Assembly: GCA_964400725.1 (NCBI GenBank)
Contig: CAYNVS010000003.1
Span: 16,711 to 80,710 of the forward strand
Origin: an uncultured Myxococcales bacterium
GTDB lineage: Bacteria > Myxococcota_A > SURF-8 > CAYNVS01
DNA length: 64,000 bases
Direction: 5' to 3'
Shown one piece after another: positions 39,574 to 49,679 of this stretch. The position numbers were made by a program, and so were the translations under genes. Position 1 is the first letter of the stretch; each line of letters begins with the position of its first letter. Under the pieces are notes generated by a model. It was not told where the DNA came from. It saw nothing but the letters and a program-made list of their open reading frames with translations, and made no database searches.

Positions 39574-42500
39574 CTAAATGTCCGCGGCGCATCGGATACC
39601 GTAATTGGAGTCTCTCACCGTCGGGTAGTTCCAAGGCCGGTATGTTACCCGCAGGCTCGCGCCCGATCTGCCGAACCCGCCGCCTCTGATTATCGCCTTT
39701 TCGCCGCCTACTCCCCAAGGCTTTCCGTCGCTGGGCGCCCCTTTAAAGCCCCAGTGATACGTATCGGCGACCCATTCGAGCACGTTTCCTATTATATCGT
39801 AAAAGCCCCACGCATTGGCGAGTTTCTGTCCTACTGGATGAAGTTTATTGCCGGAGTTGACGGAGTACCACGCATAATCTTTTACGCACGATTCGTTGGA
39901 GCCGCAGATGAAAGGCGTCCCCGTTCCCGCTCTGGCGGCGTATTCCCATTCTGCGTCGCTAGGCAGTCTGCCGCCTATTTTTTCGCAGAACTGTTTAGCT
40001 TCGCTCCACGTTACGTTCGTAACCGGGCAGTTTGTTCCGCAGTTTTTATCAGCGCTGGGATTGTTTCCCATTACTTTTTGATACTGCGCCTGCGTAACTT
40101 CGTATTTCATAAGTTTAAACGCTTTAACCGATACGTAATGCGCCGGGCTCTCCTCGCCGGAACAATTGGCTCCGTTCTCGTCGCATCCCATAGTGAAAGA
40201 CCCCGACGGCACGTTAATCCAGTCAATCAAATCAATCGAATTATTTCCGGCGTTCGTCGTTGAATTCATTCCAAGCTGTCCGGTCGATGCGGCGCTTTTA
40301 ACGCAGCGGAAGCCGACTGTGTACATTTTAAACGTTGGCACGCTGTTGCTGATATACTTTATGTTATTGCTCGAAGGCATGTTAAATTCCGGATACGACT
40401 TGTTGGCGTCCGAAAAAGAGCCTAACCATTCGAAGAGTCCGCCGTATAAATCGCATACGCCGCTTACGCTGTTTCCCTTCGGTTTTGAGCAGTTCGGCTT
40501 TGTGTAATCCACTCCGGTCTCAAGAACGTAATCGCTTGAAGCGTCTTGGTTTCCCCATGGAAATTTCCATGCGCCGCCGTTTGTCGCCTCGGCGAACCAT
40601 TCGTCCTTTGTGGGAATGCTGCCGCCGACCCATTTGCAGAATGCGTCGGCTCCGTTCCAATCGACGCAGTTCATCGACATATTTGGGCCGCCCCGGTCTA
40701 GGTTGCATTCTTTATCCGATAATGAGTTTTTGGAAATCTGCGTCGTTTTGCAGATTCCCGCATTTAGACATTTTTGGAATTGACCGACGGTAATTTCCCG
40801 CTTAGAGAACATCAACCCGGCGTTTTGTGCTACTTTGCTTGGAACCCACTCTACTCCCGCCGAGTCGGTATAGCCTGTTGAGCCGCTAATCACGGTCTGC
40901 GCATTCAGTCCGCGGTCGCGCCGTCCTCCGCCAAAGTTTCCTACTCCGGAGCCTGAATTTTGCATGACGCAGCGGAAGCCGACTGTGTACATTTGGAATG
41001 TCGGCACGCTGTTGCTGTTGTTCGTCGTGTTGCCCGGAGTGGAGAGCATGAAGACCGGGTATTTATTTGTACCGTCGGAATACGAGCTTGTCCACTCGAA
41101 GAGGTCGTTAATCATATCTTTAACGCCGCTTACGCTCAAATCTTCGCCAGAACCGGAAGACGAGCCGTTTGGATATTTTCTGCTTCCATCTGCGGTGGCC
41201 TCCGTTATCCATTCGTCCTTTGTGGGAAGCCTGCCGCCCGCCCACTTGCAGAAAGCGTCCGAGGCGGTCCAATCGACGCAGTTCATCGAGCTTTTCAATT
41301 TTCTTGGATCTCCGTAGTTGCATGACGAACCGGTCGCATTCGTCTTGAAGTTGATGGTTTTGCACGCGCCGGCGTCCACGCATTTTTTAAACTGCTCTAC
41401 CGTCGTTTCTTTCTTGGCGAACATCAGGCCGCTAAGTTTGTTAATTTTGCTGGGTACCCACTCTATTTCCGCCGAACCGGTCGTCGAGCCGCCGCCGATA
41501 TTTATTTGGCCGCCGGGAAGCGTAGGAGAGACGTTTATTACGAATTGAACCAGTTCTTCCTGCCCTTCTTTTATATCTACGCTTTTTTCGTCTTCGCCTT
41601 TTTCGGTTTTTACGCGAGCTTTATGAACGCCGACGTTCACCGCGAAAACCTTGCCGGTATAACCTAGTTCCACGTCGTCGATAAAAACTTTTCCTTCCAG
41701 CGGTTCGCCTTCCGAAGTCTTGGCCTTAGCCTTCAGACCGCCTTGACGCGCCGCAAGTTTGAAAGAGTACTCTTTCTTTTCGCCGCGGTTTACGCCGAAT
41801 TCCTTCCACTGCGCCACATGAGCGGCGTCGCCCACCTCTACCTTGTGCCTTCCCTCGGTTATCTCGTAATCGTTAATCGGCGTTTTGCCGATTAGATAGC
41901 CGTCTAGTTTAACGTCTATTCCCTGGGGATCGCTGTTTACGGTCAGCGTTCCGAACTTTGCCGCAAGCTTTCCCATAACCGGCGGCATTCCGCGTTTAAT
42001 GTCAGCGTCCACCGATACGGTTTCGTATTTGTCGTTGGGCGGTTTGAACTCGAAGGTTGCCTTTCCGCTCATAACTTCTGTTTTGCACGGCGTCTTGTCG
42101 CATATTTTAACGCCCCTAAAATAAACTTTCGCTCCGACGGGATCGCTCTCGAATGAAACGACGATTTCCTCGGAGTTTGAATTGGGCACGTAGCCGGAAT
42201 ACATCTCGGCGCCTTCTTTTTCCATTGTGTCTATTTTTTGCTTTGCGGTTTTTTTGACGACTTCCAGCCCAGCGACGTTTTTGGACTGAAAGTCGCCGAT
42301 GAGAGTTTGCACAAGGTCGGCGACCGCTTCGGCGATAGGCTGCTCAAAATCGTGGACGTCGGGCGCGGGCGCGCGCGAGGCGGCCAAAAGGCATCCTTGT
42401 TCCATTGAAAAAAGTTCCAAACGAAGCTGCGCTTTGCCGTCCCGCGTATTCTTTTTAACGGTAATTTTCAACTGGCTGTTGGCGGAAACGTCCTTTCCGA

Positions 42501-43137
42501 GTTTGCATCCGGTCGATTCGTCGTAGTTGGAAGAATTGTATTTTTTGCGCAGTTTGGAGATTTCCTCCATTTCTTTATCGTCGGCGACAATGTCGAACTT
42601 TGAAAGGCGTTTAAACTCCTGCCTTACGGATTTTTTTATTTCAAGAGCGTTTTTAAGTTTCTGCCCGTTCTCGTCGGTCGGGTCTTCGACTAAAATTCTC
42701 GGCGTTTCGGCAAAATACTGCTCTACCGCCTTCTGCACGTCGTCGAAACCGCCCGCTTTAACCAGCAGGCTTCCCTGCCAGTTGAAGAGGAACGCTTTGG
42801 GGAGCGGGTCGGCTTTCCAAAGCTCTTGTATTTGTCCGTCCTCGTCGCAAACGTTCGCGTCCGGCGACCAAGCCGGAACCGCGCAGCCCGCCGCGTCTCT
42901 AACCGATACGACGATCAGACGCAGTCCTTTATCGCGGTATTTGCGTCGCAGCGCTTCCCATTTTGGCACGGCTTCCATGCAGGGTTTGCACCAAGTGCTG
43001 TAAAATTCGACCGCGACAAGTTTTACTCCGGGTTTGGAAAGCCATGATTTTACGTCAAGCGACTCGAAGCCTCCCGCCTTTTCCGCAAACATCAATGAAA
43101 AAAAGGCCAGCAAAAGAACGAGAAATATTTTTTTCAT
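39574..43137 (-). CDS. Large secreted multidomain protein: TlpA-like thioredoxin, PEGA-like beta domains, and three FGE-sulfatase-fold regions, all apparently non-catalytic
   Basis: Signal peptide MKKIFLVLLLAFFSLMFA. Thioredoxin motif EFYSTWCKPCMEAVPKWE. PEGA-like segment VNSDPQGIDVKLDGYLIGKTP. Two FGE half-domains (WVPSK...CVDW..DAFCKW.GG..PTKDEW...YTVGFRCV) precede a complete C-terminal FGE domain (WINVPSGSFTMGC...GNVLEWVADTY...RGGGFGRSGASLRVTYR...GIRCAADI). Confidence 0.75.
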   Translation of the reverse strand: MKKIFLVLLLAFFSLMFAEKAGGFESLDVKSWLSKPGVKLVAVEFYSTWCKPCMEAVPKWEALRRKYRDKGLRLIVVSVRDAAGCAVPAWSPDANVCDEDGQIQELWKADPLPKAFLFNWQGSLLVKAGGFDDVQKAVEQYFAETPRILVEDPTDENGQKLKNALEIKKSVRQEFKRLSKFDIVADDKEMEEISKLRKKYNSSNYDESTGCKLGKDVSANSQLKITVKKNTRDGKAQLRLELFSMEQGCLLAASRAPAPDVHDFEQPIAEAVADLVQTLIGDFQSKNVAGLEVVKKTAKQKIDTMEKEGAEMYSGYVPNSNSEEIVVSFESDPVGAKVYFRGVKICDKTPCKTEVMSGKATFEFKPPNDKYETVSVDADIKRGMPPVMGKLAAKFGTLTVNSDPQGIDVKLDGYLIGKTPINDYEITEGRHKVEVGDAAHVAQWKEFGVNRGEKKEYSFKLAARQGGLKAKAKTSEGEPLEGKVFIDDVELGYTGKVFAVNVGVHKARVKTEKGEDEKSVDIKEGQEELVQFVINVSPTLPGGQINIGGGSTTGSAEIEWVPSKINKLSGLMFAKKETTVEQFKKCVDAGACKTINFKTNATGSSCNYGDPRKLKSSMNCVDWTASDAFCKWAGGRLPTKDEWITEATADGSRKYPNGSSSGSGEDLSVSGVKDMINDLFEWTSSYSDGTNKYPVFMLSTPGNTTNNSNSVPTFQMYTVGFRCVMQNSGSGVGNFGGGRRDRGLNAQTVISGSTGYTDSAGVEWVPSKVAQNAGLMFSKREITVGQFQKCLNAGICKTTQISKNSLSDKECNLDRGGPNMSMNCVDWNGADAFCKWVGGSIPTKDEWFAEATNGGAWKFPWGNQDASSDYVLETGVDYTKPNCSKPKGNSVSGVCDLYGGLFEWLGSFSDANKSYPEFNMPSSNNIKYISNSVPTFKMYTVGFRCVKSAASTGQLGMNSTTNAGNNSIDLIDWINVPSGSFTMGCDENGANCSGEESPAHYVSVKAFKLMKYEVTQAQYQKVMGNNPSADKNCGTNCPVTNVTWSEAKQFCEKIGGRLPSDAEWEYAARAGTGTPFICGSNESCVKDYAWYSVNSGNKLHPVGQKLANAWGFYDIIGNVLEWVADTYHWGFKGAPSDGKPWGVGGEKAIIRGGGFGRSGASLRVTYRPWNYPTVRDSNYGIRCAADI

Positions 43138-43311
43138 AAAAGAATCTCTTTTAATAGAGCGTTGTTTTTTTACCGGTTGACATTATATATAAAGTCGGGG
43201 TTCAGGTCAAAGCCGCGTTCGGTTTTTCTAACCGGGATTTGCGAATTTTTAATTCGCAAATCGCGCAAAAAAAAGCCCTCCGCAGGGAGGGCTTTTTTCG
43301 GGAAGTTACGC

Positions 43312-46300
43312 CTAGTAAGTCGTCAACCAAATTCCCCAGCCGTCCGGTTTTTTCGGCAAGTCGTAGTAGAACGTTCCAATGATAGTTACGCTGTTGTCCA
43401 GCGGCAGCTGTTTGACGTAAAAGCCGTAAGCTCCGGTGCATACGTAATTATCTATCGTGCAGTCTTCGGGTTTTATTTTGCCGAACAAAACAAGATCGCT
43501 TGCCGAGTTGGTGGCCGCTCCGTCCCATTCGTGTTCGATGAGACGCAGAGAATCGTCGGTTTGGTCCTGATAGGCGATTTTAATCATCAGCGACGAGTCG
43601 ATTGTGTAAACGGAAACGCTTGAATCTGCGCCGTTAAACGAGATGTACTTATTATGGTTCGCGTCTTCGCGTTTGCCCAAATCTCCGATTACCACGGCTC
43701 CGCCGCCGTTGTGGAAGCGGTAATATTTAAGCTGATGAAGCGTTTCGTCGAGGTAGGAAACGGCGAAAGAACCGTTTGAAGCGACCGCAACCGAGGGGAA
43801 AAGACCCGCGTCGGTGTTTTGTCCGTCGATGACTCTGATTTCCCATGGAATCGAGGTGTCGAGCGAATCGAGCGTGGAAATAGGCGTTACCGCGGCTTTG
43901 AGGTCGCCCGCTTTTACGTTGCTCCACGCGCCGTCGTAGTAGTCGTTGGCGTAATAGAAAATCGCAAAGGTATCTTTAAATGCGTATCCGTTGATGCTGG
44001 GGAAGATTACCGGCTGAGGCCACAAACCTATGCCGGAAGAAAGGTTCGCCATGGCCGAGAGCTTTACTTCGGTCATGCAGGAACCTTTATACGCGATTCC
44101 CTTATCGCAGTTTTTGCTTCCGTCTCCGGCTTTGGCTATGCAGCCCATTGTCGCGCCGGGAAGGCAAACTTTTCCGGACGCGCATTTAAGCGCGCCGTCG
44201 TCGTCCGTTCCGCATATGGCTTTCTGCTGCTCGACCGTCGGAATTTTCACGCAAATTCCGGTTCTGCACGCCATTCCGGACGGGCAGGCTTCCGCGCAGG
44301 TGCCGTCGTTCGGGCCGTAGCATCCTTCGGAATCGTAGCTGACGCAGGCTTGCTCGGCTGCGCACTTGTCGTAGCAAATGGGGCGCGGAGCGAGCGCGGA
44401 ATCGGCCATGTAGAAACGCCAGTCTTCGGGCGCGGCTGGGCTGGTCGAAGCGGCAACGGCGACTCTTACTCCGCTTTTGCCGTTTGCGGCCTTGTCGTCG
44501 TTCTCAACCATGTAGGTTATTACCGGTCTGCCGTCCGACAAGAGAACCATTTTGGCGTATTTGCCGACAAATCCGCTTTCGTCAACGACGTGAACCGCCC
44601 ATTTGCCTTCCGCGTCTTTGCGGGCAAACTTCAGGCGTTTGTTGGTTTTGTCGTAGTAGGCGATCATCGGGCGTTTGTCCGAATCCAACGCAAGGCTTGT
44701 ATATTGGCCGACGTCTTCGCCGGGTTCCGAAATTCCGGAGCGCGGACCGCTGGGGCCGTTGCTCGGGTCGGCGGAAGGAACGCCGTCAACGAATTCCCAC
44801 ACGGCGCCGCTGTTTTCCGCGTCGTCGGTGGGGTAGGCTCCCATAGAGGCCAAAGGCATTGAGCCGAACATCAAATCGCCGTACGGTTTTTCTGACGTCC
44901 CGTCGTTGTAGGCCGAGAAATAAACCGTTTCGCCGTCAACCTTGAAGTCCATGAAGCGTCCGATATTTCCCCACGGAAGGAATGCTTTTTCCTTGCAAGG
45001 GGCGTCGACCGCGGTCGATTCCGGATCGCAGTTTGTAGGCTGGTCGTAGGCGCAGGCGTCTTTGTGCCATTTGTTTTTGCAGTAATCGCCGTCCCAGTCG
45101 GCAGGTTTGTTGATTTCAAAGCCGGGTTTGCACGTTAAGCCGGGACACCACGCGGGGCATTCAATACAGTCGTCAAATTTGGGATTGCCGGTTACTTCGC
45201 AGCATTCTTTGCCGGTTGGGCAGGCTCCGCCGCAGGGCTTTTTGCAAATGCACAAACCGGTGCCGGCGTCGCAGCCCTTGGTTTGGCCGGATTCGCAGTT
45301 TAAACAAGCGCAGTCGGCGTCGGATTCGCAGCGCGGGGTGTTGCAGCTGTTAATTCCGTTTTCCTTCAGACATACCGAGCAGCTGTCTGATGCGGCGCAC
45401 ATCGAGTCTGCGTTGTCGCCGTAGCACGGGTTTTCCATGCACTTTTTCTTAATCTTCGAGCAGTAATACTTGTCGTCCGGCTCGCCGGCCTTGCGGCATT
45501 CTTCATGCTTGGAGCAGACGACTTCTTCGACGGTTTCTTCCTCTTCGATTACTTCCTCTTCCGCGAAATCGCCGTCCAGCGTATTAAGAACGCATTCGTT
45601 GTTTTCGCAGGTGTAGCCTGTTCCGTACTGTTCGCAGTCTGCGCTGGAAATGCAGGATTTCTTTTTGCCCGTGCTGCCGCTGCTGCCGCAGCCGTAAATG
45701 ACCAAAGGAATCAAAAGAGCTAGAACGGGTAAAACGCGACCGTAGGCAAGCAGCTTCCGGCGCAGCGTTAAGGCCGCCGCAAGCGCGAATATAGCGAAAG
45801 ACAGGTTGCTTGCGTCGCATCCGCCCTGCTCGGTCGCCGGCGCGGCGTTGTTCATGGTTTCGGGAGCGGTTAGGGCATTGCCCGAACTCATTTTAATCTC
45901 CTTCGGGGCTTTTTTGAACGGGTTATCGTATTCTATATTCACTTCCACCTTCGCGGGCGTTTTGCTCGTCGAGCCGGCCAGTCCTTTGACGCGGGAGCGG
46001 ACTGAAACCGTGTGTTTGCCCGGCCAAGCCAAACGGCTGTCTTTTAATACGAGTCTGTCGGCGCTGAAGAACGGCGACCACAGCCAGTTGTCGATTTTAT
46101 ATGAGTACTCGACGTCTTTGCCGTAAGTCGCCGCGAGGTCGGAATCCATTAGTATAACTACTTCAGGATAGTTTGCTTCGCCCGTAATTTTCGGGTTGCG
46201 CAGCGTTTCGAGCGTCGGTTTCTTTACATTAATCAACCACGCGTAAGTTTCGCTTTCAACGCCTCCGCCGCCTTGGCCGCCGCCCGTTCCGGAAAGAAGT

Positions 46301-48117
46301 TCCGCGTAAATGGAAAGCATTTGGAACTCGGTCGGAGGATTATTTTTCGGTCCGTCTCCGGTGATGTTCTGAATTTTAAGCGTCAAATCGGCCACGTCGT
46401 CGCCGTTTAAATCAAGCGGCGGAAGTCCGATAGGCTGCGAGAGCGAATCCATCGGAATGAAGCCCATGGCCGTACCGATTAGGTTTTCAATCAGCTTCTT
46501 TATGTCTTCTTCGCTTTCTCCAAGAATCGAGAAGGGAACGCTCATGTTTTTAAGCTGTATCGGGTTTTCTCCGAGCACCGGCGTAATAGACGTCGAATCG
46601 TCGGCGACCTGAAGGCCGGCGGCGACTTCGATGTCGGTTTCAATTGTGAACAAGCGGATTACTCGCTCTTCTATGAGACCGTAGATATTTATGCGCATTC
46701 TCGGAATTAGAATTGTGAGGTTAGGCTGAATCAGCTTGATTTTGCCTTCCGCGTCCGTCTCGAACTTTCCTTCTCCGATTATGAATTTTATAGGTTCCAT
46801 CGGTTGGATGAGCAGTTTGGCCGGAACTTCTTCGCCGTGAGTGAGGTCGTTGATGCTGGAAAGCAGCATTCCGAAGGTGCCCATGCTCAGGTAGGAGCCT
46901 ATCATGGGGTTGCTAGTGTCCAGCGACAGGCAGAGCGCGCCGGTGTTATACAAATTGGCTCCGGCTTGATTTAGCAGAGTTTCGGTTACGCCTATGCCGA
47001 TGTGATAGGGGACTCCCAAGCCTTCAGGATTGTGCTTGTTGTAGTCTCCGAAGTTGAAACGCGGCGGAGCGGAAAGCGGATAATTTACGGGATTGACGCA
47101 TTCCGATTTATTCGGCGCCTTGGTGCCGCCTATCATGCCGATGTTAAGACCGGTGTCGGCGTCGGCGTAGCCTCCGGCGGCGAGCGAGAAGTAAAGCTCT
47201 GCGTTATCCGGAGCGGCTCCGGCAAGCGCGCCGTTAATCAGTTCGCTTAAATTAATCGCGCCCTCGATGCCGAGAGGTTTGGGCATACATTTGCCGTTGG
47301 TCTGGCGGCATACGTCTTCCGAGCAGCTCGAACCGTTGGGGCAGGCTGCTCCGTCTTTGCACGAATAGCAAAGGAAGCCGGCGAGAGCTTTGTCAATCTG
47401 CTGCGCAACCATATCGTTAATCATGTTTTTAAACAGGCTTTTAAACGGATTCACAATGTCGGTCGCGCATCCGGACAGGTTGATTTGATTTATGTCGAAA
47501 TCAGGCTGGCCTACTTCGAACGTAAGGATGTTTTCGGGCGAGGCGATGTTGAAGGAAACGGCCGTTTTAACGGAGAAGGGGCCGTTTGAAGTAATTTTAA
47601 GGGTGCACGGAATCCAGAGCACCGATCCCGGAATGTTGATTTCAAGTCTGTTTTTATTCGGGCTTACAAGCCAAATCTGAATCCAAAGTTTGTTTGGCGC
47701 TTCAGGCCACATGTTTACGTCGTTGATGGCCAGCGTTATTGTAGTGTCGCCTTTCGGGAATACCGTGCCGACGGAATTAACGACGGAGCCGTCCTTCAGC
47801 TCGAAAGAAAGCCCCTGGTCTCCCATTAGTATGGGTATAAGAAGCGGAACCTGCGTTTTAAGAAAATCAAAAGCGAATGTTGTGGCTCTAATTTGAACCA
47901 GCCGTTGAATTTTTTCGTTGGATTTGAAGCCGCCTTCGGGAATCGGTTTCATGCCCCCGCAGCCGCCGCAGCCGCTTGAACTTCCAGAACCGGAGCAGCT
48001 GAGAATCAAGCTCAGCAGAGCTATCGATCCGAGCGTCTGCATTAAAAGCCGCGAAAACGGTTTGCTTTTTCCTTCCCTGCCGGCCTTTCCGCCTTCAAAA
48101 ATGCTTTTCAAACTCAT
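43312..48117 (-). CDS. 1601-aa ORF that is probably two fused genes. An N-terminal ~790-aa lipoprotein ends in a MYXO-CTERM-like tail. It is followed in frame by a lipoprotein-signal-like segment and a Cys-rich, beta-propeller-repeat protein.
   Basis: A likely true start is MQTLGSIALLSLILSC at about 48042. The internal segment reads ...ATEQGGCDASNLSFAIFALAAALTLRRK | LLAYGRVLPVLALLIPLVIYGCGSSGS. A Cys-rich EGF-like region and repeated blade-like units (KRLKFARKDAEGKWAVHVVDE..., LHQLKYYRF...) lie downstream. Confidence 0.55.
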   Translation of the reverse strand: MSLKSIFEGGKAGREGKSKPFSRLLMQTLGSIALLSLILSCSGSGSSSGCGGCGGMKPIPEGGFKSNEKIQRLVQIRATTFAFDFLKTQVPLLIPILMGDQGLSFELKDGSVVNSVGTVFPKGDTTITLAINDVNMWPEAPNKLWIQIWLVSPNKNRLEINIPGSVLWIPCTLKITSNGPFSVKTAVSFNIASPENILTFEVGQPDFDINQINLSGCATDIVNPFKSLFKNMINDMVAQQIDKALAGFLCYSCKDGAACPNGSSCSEDVCRQTNGKCMPKPLGIEGAINLSELINGALAGAAPDNAELYFSLAAGGYADADTGLNIGMIGGTKAPNKSECVNPVNYPLSAPPRFNFGDYNKHNPEGLGVPYHIGIGVTETLLNQAGANLYNTGALCLSLDTSNPMIGSYLSMGTFGMLLSSINDLTHGEEVPAKLLIQPMEPIKFIIGEGKFETDAEGKIKLIQPNLTILIPRMRINIYGLIEERVIRLFTIETDIEVAAGLQVADDSTSITPVLGENPIQLKNMSVPFSILGESEEDIKKLIENLIGTAMGFIPMDSLSQPIGLPPLDLNGDDVADLTLKIQNITGDGPKNNPPTEFQMLSIYAELLSGTGGGQGGGGVESETYAWLINVKKPTLETLRNPKITGEANYPEVVILMDSDLAATYGKDVEYSYKIDNWLWSPFFSADRLVLKDSRLAWPGKHTVSVRSRVKGLAGSTSKTPAKVEVNIEYDNPFKKAPKEIKMSSGNALTAPETMNNAAPATEQGGCDASNLSFAIFALAAALTLRRKLLAYGRVLPVLALLIPLVIYGCGSSGSTGKKKSCISSADCEQYGTGYTCENNECVLNTLDGDFAEEEVIEEEETVEEVVCSKHEECRKAGEPDDKYYCSKIKKKCMENPCYGDNADSMCAASDSCSVCLKENGINSCNTPRCESDADCACLNCESGQTKGCDAGTGLCICKKPCGGACPTGKECCEVTGNPKFDDCIECPAWCPGLTCKPGFEINKPADWDGDYCKNKWHKDACAYDQPTNCDPESTAVDAPCKEKAFLPWGNIGRFMDFKVDGETVYFSAYNDGTSEKPYGDLMFGSMPLASMGAYPTDDAENSGAVWEFVDGVPSADPSNGPSGPRSGISEPGEDVGQYTSLALDSDKRPMIAYYDKTNKRLKFARKDAEGKWAVHVVDESGFVGKYAKMVLLSDGRPVITYMVENDDKAANGKSGVRVAVAASTSPAAPEDWRFYMADSALAPRPICYDKCAAEQACVSYDSEGCYGPNDGTCAEACPSGMACRTGICVKIPTVEQQKAICGTDDDGALKCASGKVCLPGATMGCIAKAGDGSKNCDKGIAYKGSCMTEVKLSAMANLSSGIGLWPQPVIFPSINGYAFKDTFAIFYYANDYYDGAWSNVKAGDLKAAVTPISTLDSLDTSIPWEIRVIDGQNTDAGLFPSVAVASNGSFAVSYLDETLHQLKYYRFHNGGGAVVIGDLGKREDANHNKYISFNGADSSVSVYTIDSSLMIKIAYQDQTDDSLRLIEHEWDGAATNSASDLVLFGKIKPEDCTIDNYVCTGAYGFYVKQLPLDNSVTIIGTFYYDLPKKPDGWGIWLTTY

Positions 48118-48413
48118 TTAATCCTCCGAAAATATTTGTTACTTTTCTCAAGCATTAAGGGTTAAATCCTGTTTCGTTACATATTTCAGAAACAAACCTT
48201 TTCAAAAAATAATATCAAGATAAGCGCTTTTTTGCAACATAAATATTTAAAAAGTAGGATTAGCGGATTAGCTGAAAAGCGCCGTACGACGTCTCTATAA
48301 AAATCTATTTCATACAAAATTTGCCTTTGGTTTAAAATTTTGGTATCATATTATTTGAAAAAGTATATTGTGGCTGTAGCTGATGTACATTTAAGAGCAA
48401 GAAAGGAACGGCA
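48118..48413. promoter_or_regulatory. AT-rich divergent intergenic region between the giant minus-strand ORF and pilC. Presumed divergent promoters.
   Basis: Markedly lower GC than the flanking coding DNA. No confident sigma motif could be assigned by eye. Confidence 0.3.
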
Positions 48414-49640
48414 ATGCCTATTTACAAATGGGAAGCCAGAACCCGCGTAGGCGAGAATAAGCGCGGAACCATGGAGGCTCCGAACCAGCAGGCGGTCATG
48501 CTCCGCCTTCGCCAGCAGGGAATGACCCCAAGCAACATAGGAGAAGTAACGTCCTTGCTGGGCAGACTCAGCGCGATAGATTTGAACATTTCCCCCGGAG
48601 GCGGTTCGGTTAAGAGAAAAAGCCTAGTTATGTTCACGCGACAGTTCGCGACCATGATCGACGCGGGCCTTCCTCTCGTTCAAGGAATTGAAATTCTTGC
48701 CGGTCAATCAGACGACAAAGTGCTTCAAAAGGTTCTTTATCAAGTTAAGGCCGACGTCGAAAGCGGAAGCACGCTGTCGGGAGCGATGGGAAAACATCCA
48801 GCGGTATTCGATACTCTTTACGTGGCGCTGGTTAGCGCCGGCGAAATGGGCGGTATCTTGGACACCATTCTCGATCGTCTTGCGTCTTACTTGGAAGCCA
48901 CCGATAAACTCGTCGGCCGCGTGAAAAGCGCGACGATGTATCCTATTATCATTTTAATCGTCTTCGTCGTCGTCGTCGCGGCGATGATGGAATTCATCGT
49001 TCCGGCCTTCGCTAAAATGTTTAAAAACCTTGGAAACGCGGAACTGCCAGGTCCTACCAAGCTGGTTATGCATCTCAGCGATTTGTTCCGCAATTACACG
49101 CCGCACATGATTGCCGGTATAATCGCCTTTGTCGTTCTCTATAAAATGGCGATGAAAGTTCCTAAGCTGCTTTACGCGAAGGACTTCATTATGATTAACA
49201 TACCAATTCTTGGTCCGGTCATACGCAAAAGCGCGGTCGCGCGTTTCACCAGAACGCTGGGAACCATGATCAGCTCCGGCGTTCCTATTTTGCAGGCTCT
49301 TGACACCGTCGAAAAAACGGCCGGCAATAAGGTCGTTGAAAAAGGCATTGCGCACGTCAAAGACAGAATTTCCGAAGGAAAGTCGATGGCCGAGCCTTTG
49401 CTCGCAACCGGCATTTTCCCCGTGCTTGTCGTTCAAATGATTGCGGTCGGAGAATCGACCGGAGCTTTGGACAGCATGTTGGCCAAAATTTCAGACTTCT
49501 ACGACGAGGAGGTAAACACCGCGGTCGAAGGATTGACTTCGATGATCGAGCCTCTGATGATGGTCGCTCTCGGCCCTCTTGTCGGCTTCCTGCTAATAGC
49601 CATGTATCTGCCAATATTCTCCTTGGCTACGGTTATGTAG
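48414..49640 (+). CDS. pilC: Type IV pilus assembly inner-membrane platform protein PilC (GspF/T2SSF family)
   Basis: 408 aa with two T2SSF repeats and three TM segments. N-terminus MPIYKWEARTRVGENKRGTMEA... is typical of PilC. Confidence 0.8.
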   Translation: MPIYKWEARTRVGENKRGTMEAPNQQAVMLRLRQQGMTPSNIGEVTSLLGRLSAIDLNISPGGGSVKRKSLVMFTRQFATMIDAGLPLVQGIEILAGQSDDKVLQKVLYQVKADVESGSTLSGAMGKHPAVFDTLYVALVSAGEMGGILDTILDRLASYLEATDKLVGRVKSATMYPIIILIVFVVVVAAMMEFIVPAFAKMFKNLGNAELPGPTKLVMHLSDLFRNYTPHMIAGIIAFVVLYKMAMKVPKLLYAKDFIMINIPILGPVIRKSAVARFTRTLGTMISSGVPILQALDTVEKTAGNKVVEKGIAHVKDRISEGKSMAEPLLATGIFPVLVVQMIAVGESTGALDSMLAKISDFYDEEVNTAVEGLTSMIEPLMMVALGPLVGFLLIAMYLPIFSLATVM

Positions 49641-49679
49641 GTCGTCTCGCGTCTTTCATTTAAAAGAACGGAGAGAGTC

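Noticed and set aside
39565-40263. 232-aa plus-strand ORF and other plus-strand ORFs between 39.5 and 43 kb
   Set aside because: Antisense to the Trx-PEGA-FGE gene, whose frame carries clear domain homology.
43819-44862. 347-aa plus-strand ORF
   Set aside because: Antisense to the 1601-aa gene. Arg/Gly-rich composition typical of GC-rich antisense frames.
48330-48413. Possible sigma54 promoter (TGGTAT-N4-TTATTTG) upstream of pilC
   Set aside because: It departs from the TGGCAC-N5-TTGC consensus at key positions. I cannot support it from sequence alone.
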